In this document: positions 45,879-56,774 of the stretch, piece by piece
Position numbering within the stretch: position 1 is the first letter of the stretch
Layout: each line of letters starts with the position of its first letter
Assembly (NCBI GenBank): GCA_038890615.1
Contig: JAWAFI010000001.1
Coordinates: 400,843-464,842 of the forward strand
Source of the DNA: Candidatus Anstonellales archaeon
GTDB lineage: Archaea > Micrarchaeota > Micrarchaeia > Anstonellales > J096
DNA length: 64,000 nt
Reading direction: 5' to 3'
Position numbers and translations under genes: made by a program
Notes under the pieces: generated by a model
What the model was told of the DNA's origin: nothing
Database searches by the model: none
What the model saw: the letters and a program-made list of their open reading frames with translations, nothing else

Positions 45879-46502
45879 ATGGCAGAGAAAAAGTTGAAGA
45901 CCGGCACAACCACCGTTGCAATCTCATGCAAAGACGGAGTAGTTCTAGCTTCTGACAGAAGGGCCACTATGGGATACTATATAGCAAGCAAGGACATAGA
46001 CAAGATCTTCCCCCTCGGGAACACAATGGCGATGACAGTAGCAGGCGTGGTAGGGGATGCCCAGCTGTTGGTTAGGTGGATGCAGGGGGAAGTTAAAGCA
46101 TATGCTCTTGAGCATGAAAAGGGGATGACTACAAAGGCAGCAGTGACGCTTCTTTCAAATGTCCTTTCCCGCTACAAGTTTTACCCTTACTTTGTGCAGC
46201 TTATACTCGCTGGCTACACTGAGAAAAACCCTGAGATATACTCAATAGACATGTCTGGGGGCATAACAAAGGAGAAGTATACTGCAACCGGCAGCGGCTC
46301 AACAATAGCAATAGCAATACTTGAGGAGCATTACAAAGAGGGCTTGACTGTAAAGGAAGCAAAGCCTATTGCTGCCAAGGCAGTTCTTTCAGCGATAAAA
46401 AGGGATGCAGGCAGCGGCGAGAATGTGGACCTTATTTATATAGACAAAGATGGTTTTCACAGGGTAGATAGGGAAGAAGTAAAGAAGCTTCTTGCGGAGT
46501 AA
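45879..46502 (+). CDS. psmB: Proteasome beta subunit
   Basis: Propeptide KTG/TTTV, ASDRRAT, GSGS, RDAGSG. Confidence 0.97.
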   Translation: MAEKKLKTGTTTVAISCKDGVVLASDRRATMGYYIASKDIDKIFPLGNTMAMTVAGVVGDAQLLVRWMQGEVKAYALEHEKGMTTKAAVTLLSNVLSRYKFYPYFVQLILAGYTEKNPEIYSIDMSGGITKEKYTATGSGSTIAIAILEEHYKEGLTVKEAKPIAAKAVLSAIKRDAGSGENVDLIYIDKDGFHRVDREEVKKLLAE

Positions 46503-46510
46503 GGACTTAA

Positions 46511-48397
46511 ATGACAGAAATAGAGGCGACAATAAAATCACTCCTAAAGGGGTGCAAGGTTGAGAGGATCGATTACGAAGGGGTAGGCATAGGGGTATAT
46601 GTTAAAGACATATGCAAATTCTATGACGACCCAACAATAATCAAGAGCATAGCATCTTCATTGAAGAAGAAGGTTAGCATAAAGGTCTCCCCTGAATACC
46701 TGATGCCAAAGGAGGAAGCAAAGAAGAAAATAAAGTCAATAGTGCCAGAGGAAGCAGGAATAACAGAGATACTGTTCCTTGAGCCCCTTTCAGAAGTGAA
46801 GATAATAGCAATGAAGCCAGGCTTAGTGATAGGCAAAGGAGGCTCATTGCTAAGAGAGATATTGATGCAGACAGGGTGGAGCCCAAGCGTTCTCAGGGAG
46901 CCAACCCTCCCTTCAAGCACAATCAATTCGTTGAGGAAGGCAGAGGTGGCTGAAGCAGATGAAAGAAAGAGGTTCCTGCTCAACATAGGCAAGAGCATAA
47001 ACAGGGTCGCAAAGCCAAACGATTACCTAAGGATAATTACCCTGGGTGCATTCAGGGAGGTTGGAAGGTCGTGCATAGTTGTGGAGACAAACAACAGCAG
47101 GGTAATGGTTGACTGCGGCGTAAGCCCGTCTGAGCTTGAAGAGCCGCAGAAGTCCTATCCTTATTTGAACAAGATGGGCTTTGGCCTTGATGATTTGGAT
47201 GCAGTGGTAATCTCACATGGGCATATGGACCACATGGGGTTCCTCCCATACCTGCTTGAGCTTGACTATGCAGGCCCTATTTACATGACACCCCCAACAA
47301 AGGACTTGGCTGCACTTCTCCAGCCAGATTACATTAATGTAGTAAAGTCAAACGGGTTTGAGCCGCCTTACAGCAAGAAGGCGATCCAGAAGGAGCTCAA
47401 GCAGACGATCACAGTTGACTATAATGCAGTGGTTGACATAACCCCTGACATAAAGCTTACTTTCTACAATGCAGGCCACATAATAGGGAGCGCAATGGTG
47501 CACCTCCACATAGGGGGCGGAGTCCACAATATGGTCTACTCAGGGGACATAAAGTTCGGCCCGACCCAGCTCTTTGACCCTGCTGTAACGCAGTTCCCAA
47601 GGGCTGAAACATTCTTCATAGAGTCCACATATGGCGGCAAGGATGACATACTTCCTGGAAGGAAAGAGCGCGAGGAAGGGCTTATAGCGGTCATAAAGAA
47701 GACAATTGAAAGGAAGGGCAAGGTCCTTATACCTGTTTTCGCAGTTGGAAGGGCGCAGGAGATAATGCTAGTGCTTGAGGATTATGCCTCTAACAACCCT
47801 GATTTCAATGTGCCCATATTCATAGATGGCATGGTGCTTGAGGCATCTGCCATACACACTGCCTACCCTGATTACCTTAAGGGCAGCCTAAAGAAAAGGA
47901 TACTTGGAGGGAGCAGCCCCTTTGAATACCAAGGCATAAAGGTTGCAAATGGAAAGAGCAGGGAGGAGATCGTAGAGGGCGAGCCAGCAATCATCCTTGC
48001 GCCTTCTGGCATGCTTAGCGGAGGGCCTAGCGTGGAATACTTAAAGATGATGGCAGAGGACAAGCGCAACACCCTGATATTCGTTGGCTACCAGAGCAGG
48101 GGCTCTCTGGGGAGCAAGATACAGCAGGGGGAAAGGAAGATAATGCTTATGGGCGCTGATGGGAGGACAAAGGAATTGGCAATAAACATGGAAGTAGTAA
48201 CCGTTGAGGGCTTCTCAGGCCACAGCGACATAAGGCAGCTTATCGCTTTCCTTAGGAGCATAAGGCCAACCCCTTCAACCATATACACAATGCATGGCGA
48301 AGAGAGCAAGACAGTGGATTTTGCCAGGACAATAAGCAGGGTAATTGGCAGGAACGCCTCGTCGCCTTACAATATGGAGATAAGAAGGCTAAGGTAA
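46511..48397 (+). CDS. fttA: aCPSF1 / FttA beta-CASP ribonuclease with KH domains
   Basis: KH motif KPGLVIGKGG, SHGHMDH, AGHIIGS, ESTYG, GFSGHSD; adjacent to psmB. Confidence 0.95.
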   Translation: MTEIEATIKSLLKGCKVERIDYEGVGIGVYVKDICKFYDDPTIIKSIASSLKKKVSIKVSPEYLMPKEEAKKKIKSIVPEEAGITEILFLEPLSEVKIIAMKPGLVIGKGGSLLREILMQTGWSPSVLREPTLPSSTINSLRKAEVAEADERKRFLLNIGKSINRVAKPNDYLRIITLGAFREVGRSCIVVETNNSRVMVDCGVSPSELEEPQKSYPYLNKMGFGLDDLDAVVISHGHMDHMGFLPYLLELDYAGPIYMTPPTKDLAALLQPDYINVVKSNGFEPPYSKKAIQKELKQTITVDYNAVVDITPDIKLTFYNAGHIIGSAMVHLHIGGGVHNMVYSGDIKFGPTQLFDPAVTQFPRAETFFIESTYGGKDDILPGRKEREEGLIAVIKKTIERKGKVLIPVFAVGRAQEIMLVLEDYASNNPDFNVPIFIDGMVLEASAIHTAYPDYLKGSLKKRILGGSSPFEYQGIKVANGKSREEIVEGEPAIILAPSGMLSGGPSVEYLKMMAEDKRNTLIFVGYQSRGSLGSKIQQGERKIMLMGADGRTKELAINMEVVTVEGFSGHSDIRQLIAFLRSIRPTPSTIYTMHGEESKTVDFARTISRVIGRNASSPYNMEIRRLR

Positions 48398-48451
48398 GGG
48401 AATAAGGAAAGTATTTAAATCCTTCTGTTAATATAGCGTATAGGTGAGGCG

Positions 48452-48817
48452 ATGGGAATCCTCGATGCGATACTAGGAAAAGGAAAAGATGAAGACAACC
48501 TTGAGCTAGATGAGTACCTTGAAGGAGAAGGAGACATTGTAACCCCCCCTGCAAAGTATTACATTAAGAAGGTCGATATCAGGAATGAAGGAGATGCAGA
48601 TATCATATCCAAGGAGATTGAGCAGGGCAATGTAGTGATAATAAACATTGAGCCGCTTTCAAAGCAGCCGAACAAGCTGAAGAAAATCATAGACAAGCTC
48701 AAGACATTTTCCCTGAAGATAGATGGGGACATAGCAAAGCTTACTGAGATGCTGGTCATAATTGTGCCAGCAAGGGTGAAGATAGTAAAGTCCAAGAAGC
48801 CCCCGCAGAGATCCTAA
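48452..48817 (+). CDS. sepF: Cell division protein SepF
   Basis: N-terminal amphipathic MGILDAILGK; GNVVIINI...IDGDIAKL...IIVP. Confidence 0.9.
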   Translation: MGILDAILGKGKDEDNLELDEYLEGEGDIVTPPAKYYIKKVDIRNEGDADIISKEIEQGNVVIINIEPLSKQPNKLKKIIDKLKTFSLKIDGDIAKLTEMLVIIVPARVKIVKSKKPPQRS

Positions 48818-49842
48818 AGGCTCGCCATAACCTTTTTCACTAACTTAATTGTTTCTTCAACATCCCCTTTATCTGCAAGAGCAACAACGCTGTGTATGTA
48901 GCGTGTGGGGACGCATATGGCAATTGCTTCTACCCCGGCCCTTACATTGTGGGCATTTGCAGCATCTGTCATTCCTCCTTCTATTGCTTCTATCTGATAT
49001 TTTATCTTTGCCTTCTTGGCTATCTCTATTATGCGCTTGGTCATACGCTGGGTTGCATAGTTGCCTCTTCCTCCTGCTTCAACAAGCACCAAGCTAGGTC
49101 CTTTTCCCAAATATATTGGCGCCTCTGCTATGTCAACCTCTGCATGGTCCCCTGCTATTGTTGTGTCAACAGCAATAAAAGCCCTTGGCATGTATGCATA
49201 GGTTGCGACCTTGGCGCCCTTGCCCAAAGTTGAAACCTCTTCCTGCGCTGTCCCTATGAGCATCACATTTTCAGGGAGCCCTTTTGCAAGCTCAATCAAA
49301 ACATAACACCCTATCCTGTCATCAAGAGCCTTTCCTGTAAACCTGCTCTTTGTCAGCATGTCAAAAGATGCATCAAAGGATATTGGCTGCCCAACCTCAA
49401 CTCCCATCTTCTTTGCCTCTTTCTGGCTTTTTGCCCCTATGTCTATGAAAAGCCTTTCCACCTCAAGCACCTTCTTCATCTCCTCCTCCTTCATTATATG
49501 GGGCGGCTTTGCTGCAATAACCCCCTTCACAAAGCCTTTCTCTGTCTTTATCTTTACTTTTTGGTTCAGGAGCATCCTTGGGTCTATGCCGCCCAGCCTA
49601 ATAAACCTGATAAAACCCTTTTCATCAACATGCTTGACCATCATTCCTATCTCGTCCATATGTGCTGCAATTATGAGCGGGTTCTTTGTGATTTTTTTGT
49701 AAGCAATGACATTGCCAAAGAGGTCCCTCTCAACCTTAAGCCCGCTTTTCTTGAACTCCCTTTCCATTACTTTTGCTATCTCATCCTCATGCCCAACAAC
49801 TCCAAAAGCCTCTGAAAGCTCCTTCATGAGATTTTCGTTCAT
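48814..49842 (-). CDS. M42 family aminopeptidase (TET)
   Basis: AAHMDEIG, KALDDRIG, QEEV, GGMTDA, PTRYIHS. Confidence 0.93.
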   Translation of the reverse strand: MNENLMKELSEAFGVVGHEDEIAKVMEREFKKSGLKVERDLFGNVIAYKKITKNPLIIAAHMDEIGMMVKHVDEKGFIRFIRLGGIDPRMLLNQKVKIKTEKGFVKGVIAAKPPHIMKEEEMKKVLEVERLFIDIGAKSQKEAKKMGVEVGQPISFDASFDMLTKSRFTGKALDDRIGCYVLIELAKGLPENVMLIGTAQEEVSTLGKGAKVATYAYMPRAFIAVDTTIAGDHAEVDIAEAPIYLGKGPSLVLVEAGGRGNYATQRMTKRIIEIAKKAKIKYQIEAIEGGMTDAANAHNVRAGVEAIAICVPTRYIHSVVALADKGDVEETIKLVKKVMASL

Positions 49843-49884
49843 GCTTTAGTTTAGCATTTTATTTTTAAATGCAGCGCATATCTT

Positions 49885-50745
49885 ATGGAGCTGACTTTCT
49901 TGGGCACAAGCGGCACTGCGCCTACACTTGAAAGAGGCATGCCCAGCATCGCTGTGCATTTCAATGATTTCTTCCTGCTTGACGCAGGGGAGGGCACGCA
50001 GAGGCAGATGATGAGGTACAAGGTGCCTTATGGAAGGATAGCTGCTGTTTACATAACCCATTCCCACCTTGACCACTACCTAGGCCTATTTGGCCTCCTT
50101 GAGACCCTAAAACTCAACAAGAGAGAGCAGAAGCTAAAGGTTTTTGCGCCTTTCCCGCTTCCAATAACCAACTATAGCTTTGTTGAATTCACTGAAATTG
50201 AAAAGGAAGGGAGAGTTTATGAAGGGGAGAGCTACGAGGTTTTTGCATACAGGGTTGAGCATTCGCAGGATTCGTATGGATTCATAATAAAAGAGAAAGA
50301 CAAGAGGAGGTTCTATGCAGACAAGGCGCACGAGGCAGGGCTGAAAGGCGCTGACTTCAAGAAAATAGAGGAAAAAGGAAGCATAGCCATAAAGGGGAGG
50401 AAGGTATACTTGGAAGACATCACTTATACGCAGAAAGGGAGGAAGGTTGTTTATGCAGGAGACAGCGTTCCTTCAAAGAGGACAGTTTCTGTTGCCAAGG
50501 ATGCAGAACTTTTGATACATGAAGCCACATATGCAAGCGATAGGGAGGAGGAGGCTCGCGAAAGGAGGCACAGCACTGCAAAGGATGCAGCAATGGTTGC
50601 AAAGGAGGCAGGCGCAAAGCAGCTTATATTGACCCACTTCAGCTCAAGGTATGAGGACGAGAAGGAGCTGGAGAAAGAAGCAAAGAAAGTATTCAAGAAT
50701 GCCACTGCTGCTCATGATGGCATGAAGGTAAAGGTGAAAAGATGA
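49885..50745 (+). CDS. rnz: Ribonuclease Z
   Basis: FLGTSG..PT, DAGEGTQRQ, THSHLDH, HEAT, HST, LTHFSSRY. Confidence 0.95.
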   Translation: MELTFLGTSGTAPTLERGMPSIAVHFNDFFLLDAGEGTQRQMMRYKVPYGRIAAVYITHSHLDHYLGLFGLLETLKLNKREQKLKVFAPFPLPITNYSFVEFTEIEKEGRVYEGESYEVFAYRVEHSQDSYGFIIKEKDKRRFYADKAHEAGLKGADFKKIEEKGSIAIKGRKVYLEDITYTQKGRKVVYAGDSVPSKRTVSVAKDAELLIHEATYASDREEEARERRHSTAKDAAMVAKEAGAKQLILTHFSSRYEDEKELEKEAKKVFKNATAAHDGMKVKVKR

Positions 50746-51674
50746 GGGTGGTTATTACTGGTGGAGCTGGGTTTATAGGCTCCTATCTGTGCGAAAGGTT
50801 CCTCAATGAAGGAGCTGAGGTTGTTTGCATTGACAACTTAATAACAGGATCAATGGAAAACATTGGACACCTTGAATCTAATAGGCGCTTTGAATTCGTG
50901 AAGATGGATGTTTCTAAGGAGCCAATAAGAGAGAAATGCACACACGTGCTCCACTTTGCATCACCTGCAAGCCCTGTTGACTATCAGCGCTATGCACTTG
51001 AAACCCTTATGGCAAATTCAATAGGCACAAAGAATGCAATTGAGTGCGCCTTAAGGAATAAAGCATTCTTTTTGTTTGCCTCTACATCAGAAGTTTATGG
51101 CGACCCATTGGTGCATCCGCAGCCAGAGAGCTATTGGGGGAATGTAAATCCCATAGGGCCTCGCTCAATGTATGATGAATCAAAGAGGTTCGGCGAGGCG
51201 CTTGTGATGCATTACGTTAGAAAAGGGGCAATGGCAAACATTGTTAGGATATTCAACACCTATGGCCCAAGAATGAGGCTCAACGATGGCAGAATAGTGC
51301 CAAACTTCATGGTGCAAGCGATCAAGGGAAAGCCGCTTACTGTTTATGGCAACGGAAAGCAGACAAGGAGCTTCTGCTTCATTGATGACCTAGTGGAAGG
51401 CATCTGGAGGTATTCCACTTCTGGCCTGAAGGGTGAAGTGATCAACATGGGAAATCCAGAGGAGCACACAGTGCTCCAGTTTGCTAAGTTCATTAAAAAA
51501 GCAACGCGCTCAAGCTCAGAAATAGTGATGAAGCCCCTGCCACAAGATGACCCAAGGCAGAGGAGGCCTGATATAGCAAAGGCAAAAAGGCTGTTAAAAT
51601 GGGAGCCAAAAGTTCCTCTGGCAGAAGGTTTAAGAAGGACAGCTGAGTGGTTCAAGGAAGAGCTGGAGGCATAG
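50742..51674 (+). CDS. UDP-glucuronate decarboxylase (UDP-xylose synthase) family SDR
   Basis: [55 protein letters not shown]. Confidence 0.9.
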   Translation: MRVVITGGAGFIGSYLCERFLNEGAEVVCIDNLITGSMENIGHLESNRRFEFVKMDVSKEPIREKCTHVLHFASPASPVDYQRYALETLMANSIGTKNAIECALRNKAFFLFASTSEVYGDPLVHPQPESYWGNVNPIGPRSMYDESKRFGEALVMHYVRKGAMANIVRIFNTYGPRMRLNDGRIVPNFMVQAIKGKPLTVYGNGKQTRSFCFIDDLVEGIWRYSTSGLKGEVINMGNPEEHTVLQFAKFIKKATRSSSEIVMKPLPQDDPRQRRPDIAKAKRLLKWEPKVPLAEGLRRTAEWFKEELEA

Positions 51675-51676
51675 CT

Positions 51677-52834
51677 ATGGATGTGCTGATGTTTTACCCT
51701 TTTATTATTCAGAAAGGTGGCACTGATAGGCTGCTACTTCAAATTGCTAAAAAATTTGATCCTATAATATATACTTCATATTATAAGCCAAATGCTTCTT
51801 TTAAGGAGCTTAAAGAATTTGACATAAGGATTTTTAGGAACCCTTTTATAGAGGCTACTTTCTCAATTGTAAACGATGAAGTTAAGCGCAATCTAATAAT
51901 TAGTGGGGCAAAATCGCTTTTTCATAAGGTGAAAGAAGATTATGATGTAATACTCTCTCTTTCTCCTACTCATTGGATAAGAAATAGAAACGAGAGAGTA
52001 TGCTGGTATTTTGGAGGTCCAATAAGAAGTGCATTTGATCTTTATTCTGTTAAGGTAAGTAACCTATTTCTGCCCAAGAAACTTGCACTTGATACTATGT
52101 TCTGGTTTTACAAAATGATTGAAAAAAGAATAGATCCAAAAATAGAGATGGTGGTTACATTTTCGCCTTATGTGTTAGAAAGAGATGCAGAATTCATAAT
52201 GAATTACATAAAAAGACCTATAGACATGATTGTACCTGCACCAGTGGAGGAAAAAGAGTTTAGAAATGAATCTTATGACAAATACTTTTTTTATCCGTCT
52301 CGCATAGCACCAGAGAAAAGATTTGAATATGTTATAGAAGCTTTTAGGCAATTTAGCAGAAAGAAGAAAGGATGGAAGTTAATAATTGCAGGTTCTTTGC
52401 TTCAGAGAAAAAGGGAGCTTGACTATGCAGATAAGCTAAAAAAACTTGCAGAAGGTTTAAATGTTGAATTCAGGTTCAGCATAAGTGATGATGAACTAAA
52501 GTCATTATATGCAAACTGTTTTACAGTGCTTTTTTCTCCTATTAACGAAGACTGGGGCTATATACCTCTAGAGGCAATGGCATCAGAAAAACCCTGCATC
52601 TCACTTAATGAGGGGGGGCCGAAGTACTCAATCATTGATGGCAAAACAGGTTTCCTTGTGAACAGTCCTGAAGAAATGGCAGATAGAATGCTTTACTTGG
52701 CTGAAAATCCTGCAGAGGTTGAAAGGATGGGCAAAGAAGGCAGGAAAGAAGTGCTTAGGAAATACACATGGAAGAAATTTGCAAATGACATGGAAAAGGC
52801 TTTAAAGAAAGTTAGTAGAGAAAAGTATAAGTGA
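51677..52834 (+). CDS. Glycosyltransferase family 4
   Basis: SRIAPEKR, EDWGYIPLEAMA, GKTGFLV. Confidence 0.92.
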   Translation: MDVLMFYPFIIQKGGTDRLLLQIAKKFDPIIYTSYYKPNASFKELKEFDIRIFRNPFIEATFSIVNDEVKRNLIISGAKSLFHKVKEDYDVILSLSPTHWIRNRNERVCWYFGGPIRSAFDLYSVKVSNLFLPKKLALDTMFWFYKMIEKRIDPKIEMVVTFSPYVLERDAEFIMNYIKRPIDMIVPAPVEEKEFRNESYDKYFFYPSRIAPEKRFEYVIEAFRQFSRKKKGWKLIIAGSLLQRKRELDYADKLKKLAEGLNVEFRFSISDDELKSLYANCFTVLFSPINEDWGYIPLEAMASEKPCISLNEGGPKYSIIDGKTGFLVNSPEEMADRMLYLAENPAEVERMGKEGRKEVLRKYTWKKFANDMEKALKKVSREKYK

Positions 52835-52838
52835 AAAA

Positions 52839-53990
52839 ATGAATTTGATTTTGGTCCACCCATTTCTTCATCAGCGGGGTGGTGGAGAAAGGGTTGTTCT
52901 CGAAATTTCTAAGAAATTCAACCCTATAATTTACACAGTGCTTTATGACCCAAAGAATACATTTGAGGATTTCAACGAGTATGATATACGCATCCTTCCT
53001 AAATCGTTATTAGAAGCTCCTTTCTTCTTTATGAAAAATGACTTTAGGTACTCCAGGGCGATCTCTGCGGGCTTTAGATATTACTTCTCAAAGCTTACGG
53101 AGGACTATGATGTTATTAATGCTCATGGAACCCCAAGCGAGTGGATAAGGAATAGGAATGAAAGAGTATTATGGTATTGTTATAGCCCAAGCAGGGAAGC
53201 GTATGACTTATACGATTTCAGAATGAAAAACCTTTCTTTACCACAGAAAGTGCTTAAATCAGTATTTATTTCTGGATTTAGGCTTACAGAAGAATCTATC
53301 GTACAAAAGCTAGAGAAAATAGTTGCTATTTCCGAAATAACAAACTTTAGAATAAAAAAATATTTCAAAAGAAATGATGCAGAAGTAATACCCCCTGGGG
53401 TTGATGCAGAAAAATTCACAAACAAAGGGTATGAAAAATATTTCTTTTACCCATCCCGCATAGTGCCAGAGAAGCGCTTTGAATATGCAATAGAAGCTTT
53501 CAAGCGGTTTAGTAAAAAGAAAAAAGGATGGAAACTCATAATTGCAGGTTTTCTGGCTGACAAACCTTCTGAAAAGGAGTATTTTGAAAAGATAAAAGAG
53601 CTAGCCAAAGGGTTCAACGTAGAATTTAGGCTAAATTTAGAGGAAAAGGACCTAAAAGAACTATATTCAAACAGCTATGCGGTGCTCTTTACCCCTATAA
53701 ATGAGGATTTTGGTCTTGTGCCATTAGAGGCAATGGCATCAGAAAAGCCCTGCATTTCAGTCAATGAAGGAGGTCCTGTGAATGTAATAAAAGAGGGAAG
53801 GACTGGTTTCCTCGTGAACAGCCCTGAAGAAATGGCAGATAGAATGCTCTACCTTGCGAGCCACTCTGAAGAAAATGAAAGGATGGGAAAGGAAGGTAGA
53901 AAGGAAATTTTTAGAAATTACACGTGGAAGGTGTTCCTAAACAGAATGGAAAGGGCTTTCAAAGAAGTTGCAAGAGCTAAGGAAGGCTGA
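52839..53990 (+). CDS. Glycosyltransferase family 4
   Basis: GGGERV, SRIVPEKR, EDFGLVPLEAMA. Confidence 0.92.
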   Translation: MNLILVHPFLHQRGGGERVVLEISKKFNPIIYTVLYDPKNTFEDFNEYDIRILPKSLLEAPFFFMKNDFRYSRAISAGFRYYFSKLTEDYDVINAHGTPSEWIRNRNERVLWYCYSPSREAYDLYDFRMKNLSLPQKVLKSVFISGFRLTEESIVQKLEKIVAISEITNFRIKKYFKRNDAEVIPPGVDAEKFTNKGYEKYFFYPSRIVPEKRFEYAIEAFKRFSKKKKGWKLIIAGFLADKPSEKEYFEKIKELAKGFNVEFRLNLEEKDLKELYSNSYAVLFTPINEDFGLVPLEAMASEKPCISVNEGGPVNVIKEGRTGFLVNSPEEMADRMLYLASHSEENERMGKEGRKEIFRNYTWKVFLNRMERAFKEVARAKEG

Positions 53991-54795
53991 ATTCCCTGAA
54001 CTTGAAACCCATCTTCACAAGCTTGGAATTGTCTCCATAAAATACAATAGGATTTTCTTCATTGATTTTAGTTTCTTTTGCATTATTTGCATTACAGAAT
54101 TTCTTTATTTTTGAGTAAACTTCTGAGATCTGTGTAGGTTTACCTGTGCATATATTGTAAGTGCCTATCATTCTCCTTTCAACAACTGAGCTGAGCACAT
54201 TCACAACATCATCAACATGTACAAGATCTATAAAGCTATAGGGATTTATTATATCTACTTCCTTCTTTTTTTTATATTTTTGTATAACGTCTGGGACTAA
54301 GAAGCCTTCTGGTTGATCTGCACTATAAGCATTAAAGAGCCTAAATATAGTTGCTTGATAACCTCTCTTGACTCCAAAATATTTAACAATCTCTTCTCCG
54401 ATGAGTTTTGTAAGCCCATAGAAATTTTGTGGCTTTGGAGTTTCGTTTTCCTTATGCATCTTATTGCTTTTATCATAGACCTTAGCTGAGCTCATAAAAA
54501 CTAGCTTTGCATCTTCCATCACCTTTTCAGCAATGTTCATTGTCCCTTCTACATTTATACTCCATGCAAGCTCTTTTTCCTGTTCACATATGCGGGGATT
54601 GGCTATTGCTGCTAGATGATAAACCACTTCAAATTTTGAAAGATCAAGATTTTTATCCCTCACATCTGCAGTAATATGAAATTGAGATTTACTTGGCTCT
54701 CTTGTGAGTATATAAACCATATACCCTTTATTTTCAAGTGCTTTTCTTAGCCGGCTTCCTATAAAACCTGCCCCTCCTGTAATGAGGATATTCAT
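53977..54795 (-). CDS. NAD-dependent epimerase/dehydratase (possible GDP-4-keto-6-deoxymannose reductase, Rmd-like)
   Basis: [17 protein letters not shown] (YxxxK); translationally coupled downstream of gmd. Confidence 0.75.
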   Translation of the reverse strand: MNILITGGAGFIGSRLRKALENKGYMVYILTREPSKSQFHITADVRDKNLDLSKFEVVYHLAAIANPRICEQEKELAWSINVEGTMNIAEKVMEDAKLVFMSSAKVYDKSNKMHKENETPKPQNFYGLTKLIGEEIVKYFGVKRGYQATIFRLFNAYSADQPEGFLVPDVIQKYKKKKEVDIINPYSFIDLVHVDDVVNVLSSVVERRMIGTYNICTGKPTQISEVYSKIKKFCNANNAKETKINEENPIVFYGDNSKLVKMGFKFREFSLP

Positions 54796-55766
54796 GCACG
54801 CCTCCCTTGCTTCAGCAGTTTTATGTCTGCGTCAACCATTATCTTAACAAGCTTTTTGAAATCAGTCTTAGGTTTCCATCCAAGTACCTTACGTGCTTTG
54901 CTTGCATCTCCTACAAGATTATGAACCTCAGCAGGCCTCTTGTACTTATCATCAACTTTCACATATTTTTCCCAATTCTTTATTCCTGCGCATGCAAATG
55001 CCTCCTTTACGAAATCCCTCACACTGTGGCTCTTGCCAGTTGCAATTACAAAATCATCAGGTTCTTTCTGCTGTAGCATTTTCCACATCGCTTCAACGTA
55101 TTCAGGTGCATACCCCCAATCCCTTTTTGCATCAAGGTTGCCCAATGAAATTGATTTGGTCATTCCAAGCTTTATCATCGCAACCCCATAGCTGATTTTC
55201 CTCGTCACGAACTCAATGCCCCTCCTTGGGGACTCGTGGTTGAACAATATCCCATTGACTGCGAACATATCATAACTTTCCCTATAATTAACAGTAGCCC
55301 AGTATGCCATCATCTTTGCAAACCCATATGGGCTCCTTGGATGGAAGGGGGTTGTTTCTTTTTGAGGCACTTCCTTTGCCTTCCCAAAAATCTCTGATGT
55401 TGACGCCTGGTAAAATTTGATTGATGGGTCTATATTTTTTATTGCCTCAAGCGCTCTCACAACACCCACTCCATTAACATCACAAGTATATTCAGGCATC
55501 GTCCAAGAACCACCTACGTAAGATTGGGCAGCTAAATTGTAGAATTCAGTAGGCTCTGTCTGTTTTATTGCTTTGTATAAAGAGAAACTGTCACTCATAT
55601 CGCCATATATAAGTGATATCTTTTCAGTAAGATGTGCTATCCTCTGCATATTCGTGTTGCTTGACCTGCGCACAAGCCCATAAACTTCATAGCCCTTTGA
55701 AAGGAGGAGCTCAGCTAGATAAGAGCCATCCTGACCTGTTATGCCAGTTATAAGAGCGCTTTTCAT
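54792..55766 (-). CDS. gmd: GDP-mannose 4,6-dehydratase
   Basis: [50 protein letters not shown]. Confidence 0.97.
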   Translation of the reverse strand: MKSALITGITGQDGSYLAELLLSKGYEVYGLVRRSSNTNMQRIAHLTEKISLIYGDMSDSFSLYKAIKQTEPTEFYNLAAQSYVGGSWTMPEYTCDVNGVGVVRALEAIKNIDPSIKFYQASTSEIFGKAKEVPQKETTPFHPRSPYGFAKMMAYWATVNYRESYDMFAVNGILFNHESPRRGIEFVTRKISYGVAMIKLGMTKSISLGNLDAKRDWGYAPEYVEAMWKMLQQKEPDDFVIATGKSHSVRDFVKEAFACAGIKNWEKYVKVDDKYKRPAEVHNLVGDASKARKVLGWKPKTDFKKLVKIMVDADIKLLKQGRRA

Positions 55767-55839
55767 AGAGAAGCACCAAATCGTTTTAAACTAGCACTAT
55801 ATTTAAAGCTTTAAGATAATACTCATTCTTAGTGGTTTA

Positions 55840-56774
55840 ATGAACTGCCCTTTGTGCAAAAACAAAGTTTCAACAAAGCCCTTAATGAAATATAAACAAT
55901 ACAAGCTTTTCAAGTGTAATAGATGTACTAATGGGTTTTGGTATCCGCTTAAGATGCCATCAGGAGATTGGTACGCAAATGCAGAGAATGAGGACAATGA
56001 AGCCATAAGTTACACCTACACGACGCTTCATAGTCTTTCATCTACTCTTTTAATCACCCATCTTAATTTCCTACGAGTAATCCCTTTGAAAAGGGGGGAG
56101 CTTCTTGATGTAGGGTGCGGCAACGGCTCTTTCATGGCAGAGGTTTCCAAGAGGTTTTCGGTTTATGGAATTGATTTTGATCCTAAGTGTATAGAAGTAG
56201 CAAAGAAAAGAGGGTTAAAGAACGTGTTTTTAATGAGCTTAAGTGAATTTGCAAAGCAAAATCCAGGAAAAAAATTGATGTGATAATTTTTTTTGAGGTG
56301 CTTGAGCACCAATCAAATCCTGATGAATTTATAAAAGATGTGAAGAAGCTGCTTAAGAAAGGGGCTTACATAGCTGGCTCTGTGCCATTGCACAAGGACA
56401 TGAAGCCTTTTGGAGAGGGGGATGTGCCCCCCAACCATTTCCTTATGTTCACAAAGGATGGGCTTGAAAAATACTTAAAGCTCAAGGGCTTCAAGTCAGT
56501 AAGGGTTGAGGAAGTGGTGGACAAGAGCCAGTTCAGGGGCGCGCTTGGTATAAACTCAAGTTTACTCAGATCTATTTTTGCTCTTTCAAAGAAGGACATA
56601 AAAGAACTCTCTATAAAGTTCAGGCTTTACTTCCTTGCAAAAGACCTTGGCAGGCTTATGATGCCTCTTATAGATTTATCAGTCTCTTTATACAGAATGC
56701 TCATTGGGGAGAAAAGGGCAAAGGAAATAGAGAAGTCATCGTTGGGCGGGCTTTATTTCCAAGCCAGGCTTTAA
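55840..56774 (+). pseudogene. Class I SAM-dependent methyltransferase with N-terminal zinc ribbon, split by frameshift
   Basis: First part has CPLC..CNRC and LLDVGCGNG; second part has FFEVLEH..NP, PPNH. The junction at GG-A7-TTGATG (56268-56280) needs one extra base to give K-K-(F/I)-D-V-I. Confidence 0.8.
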
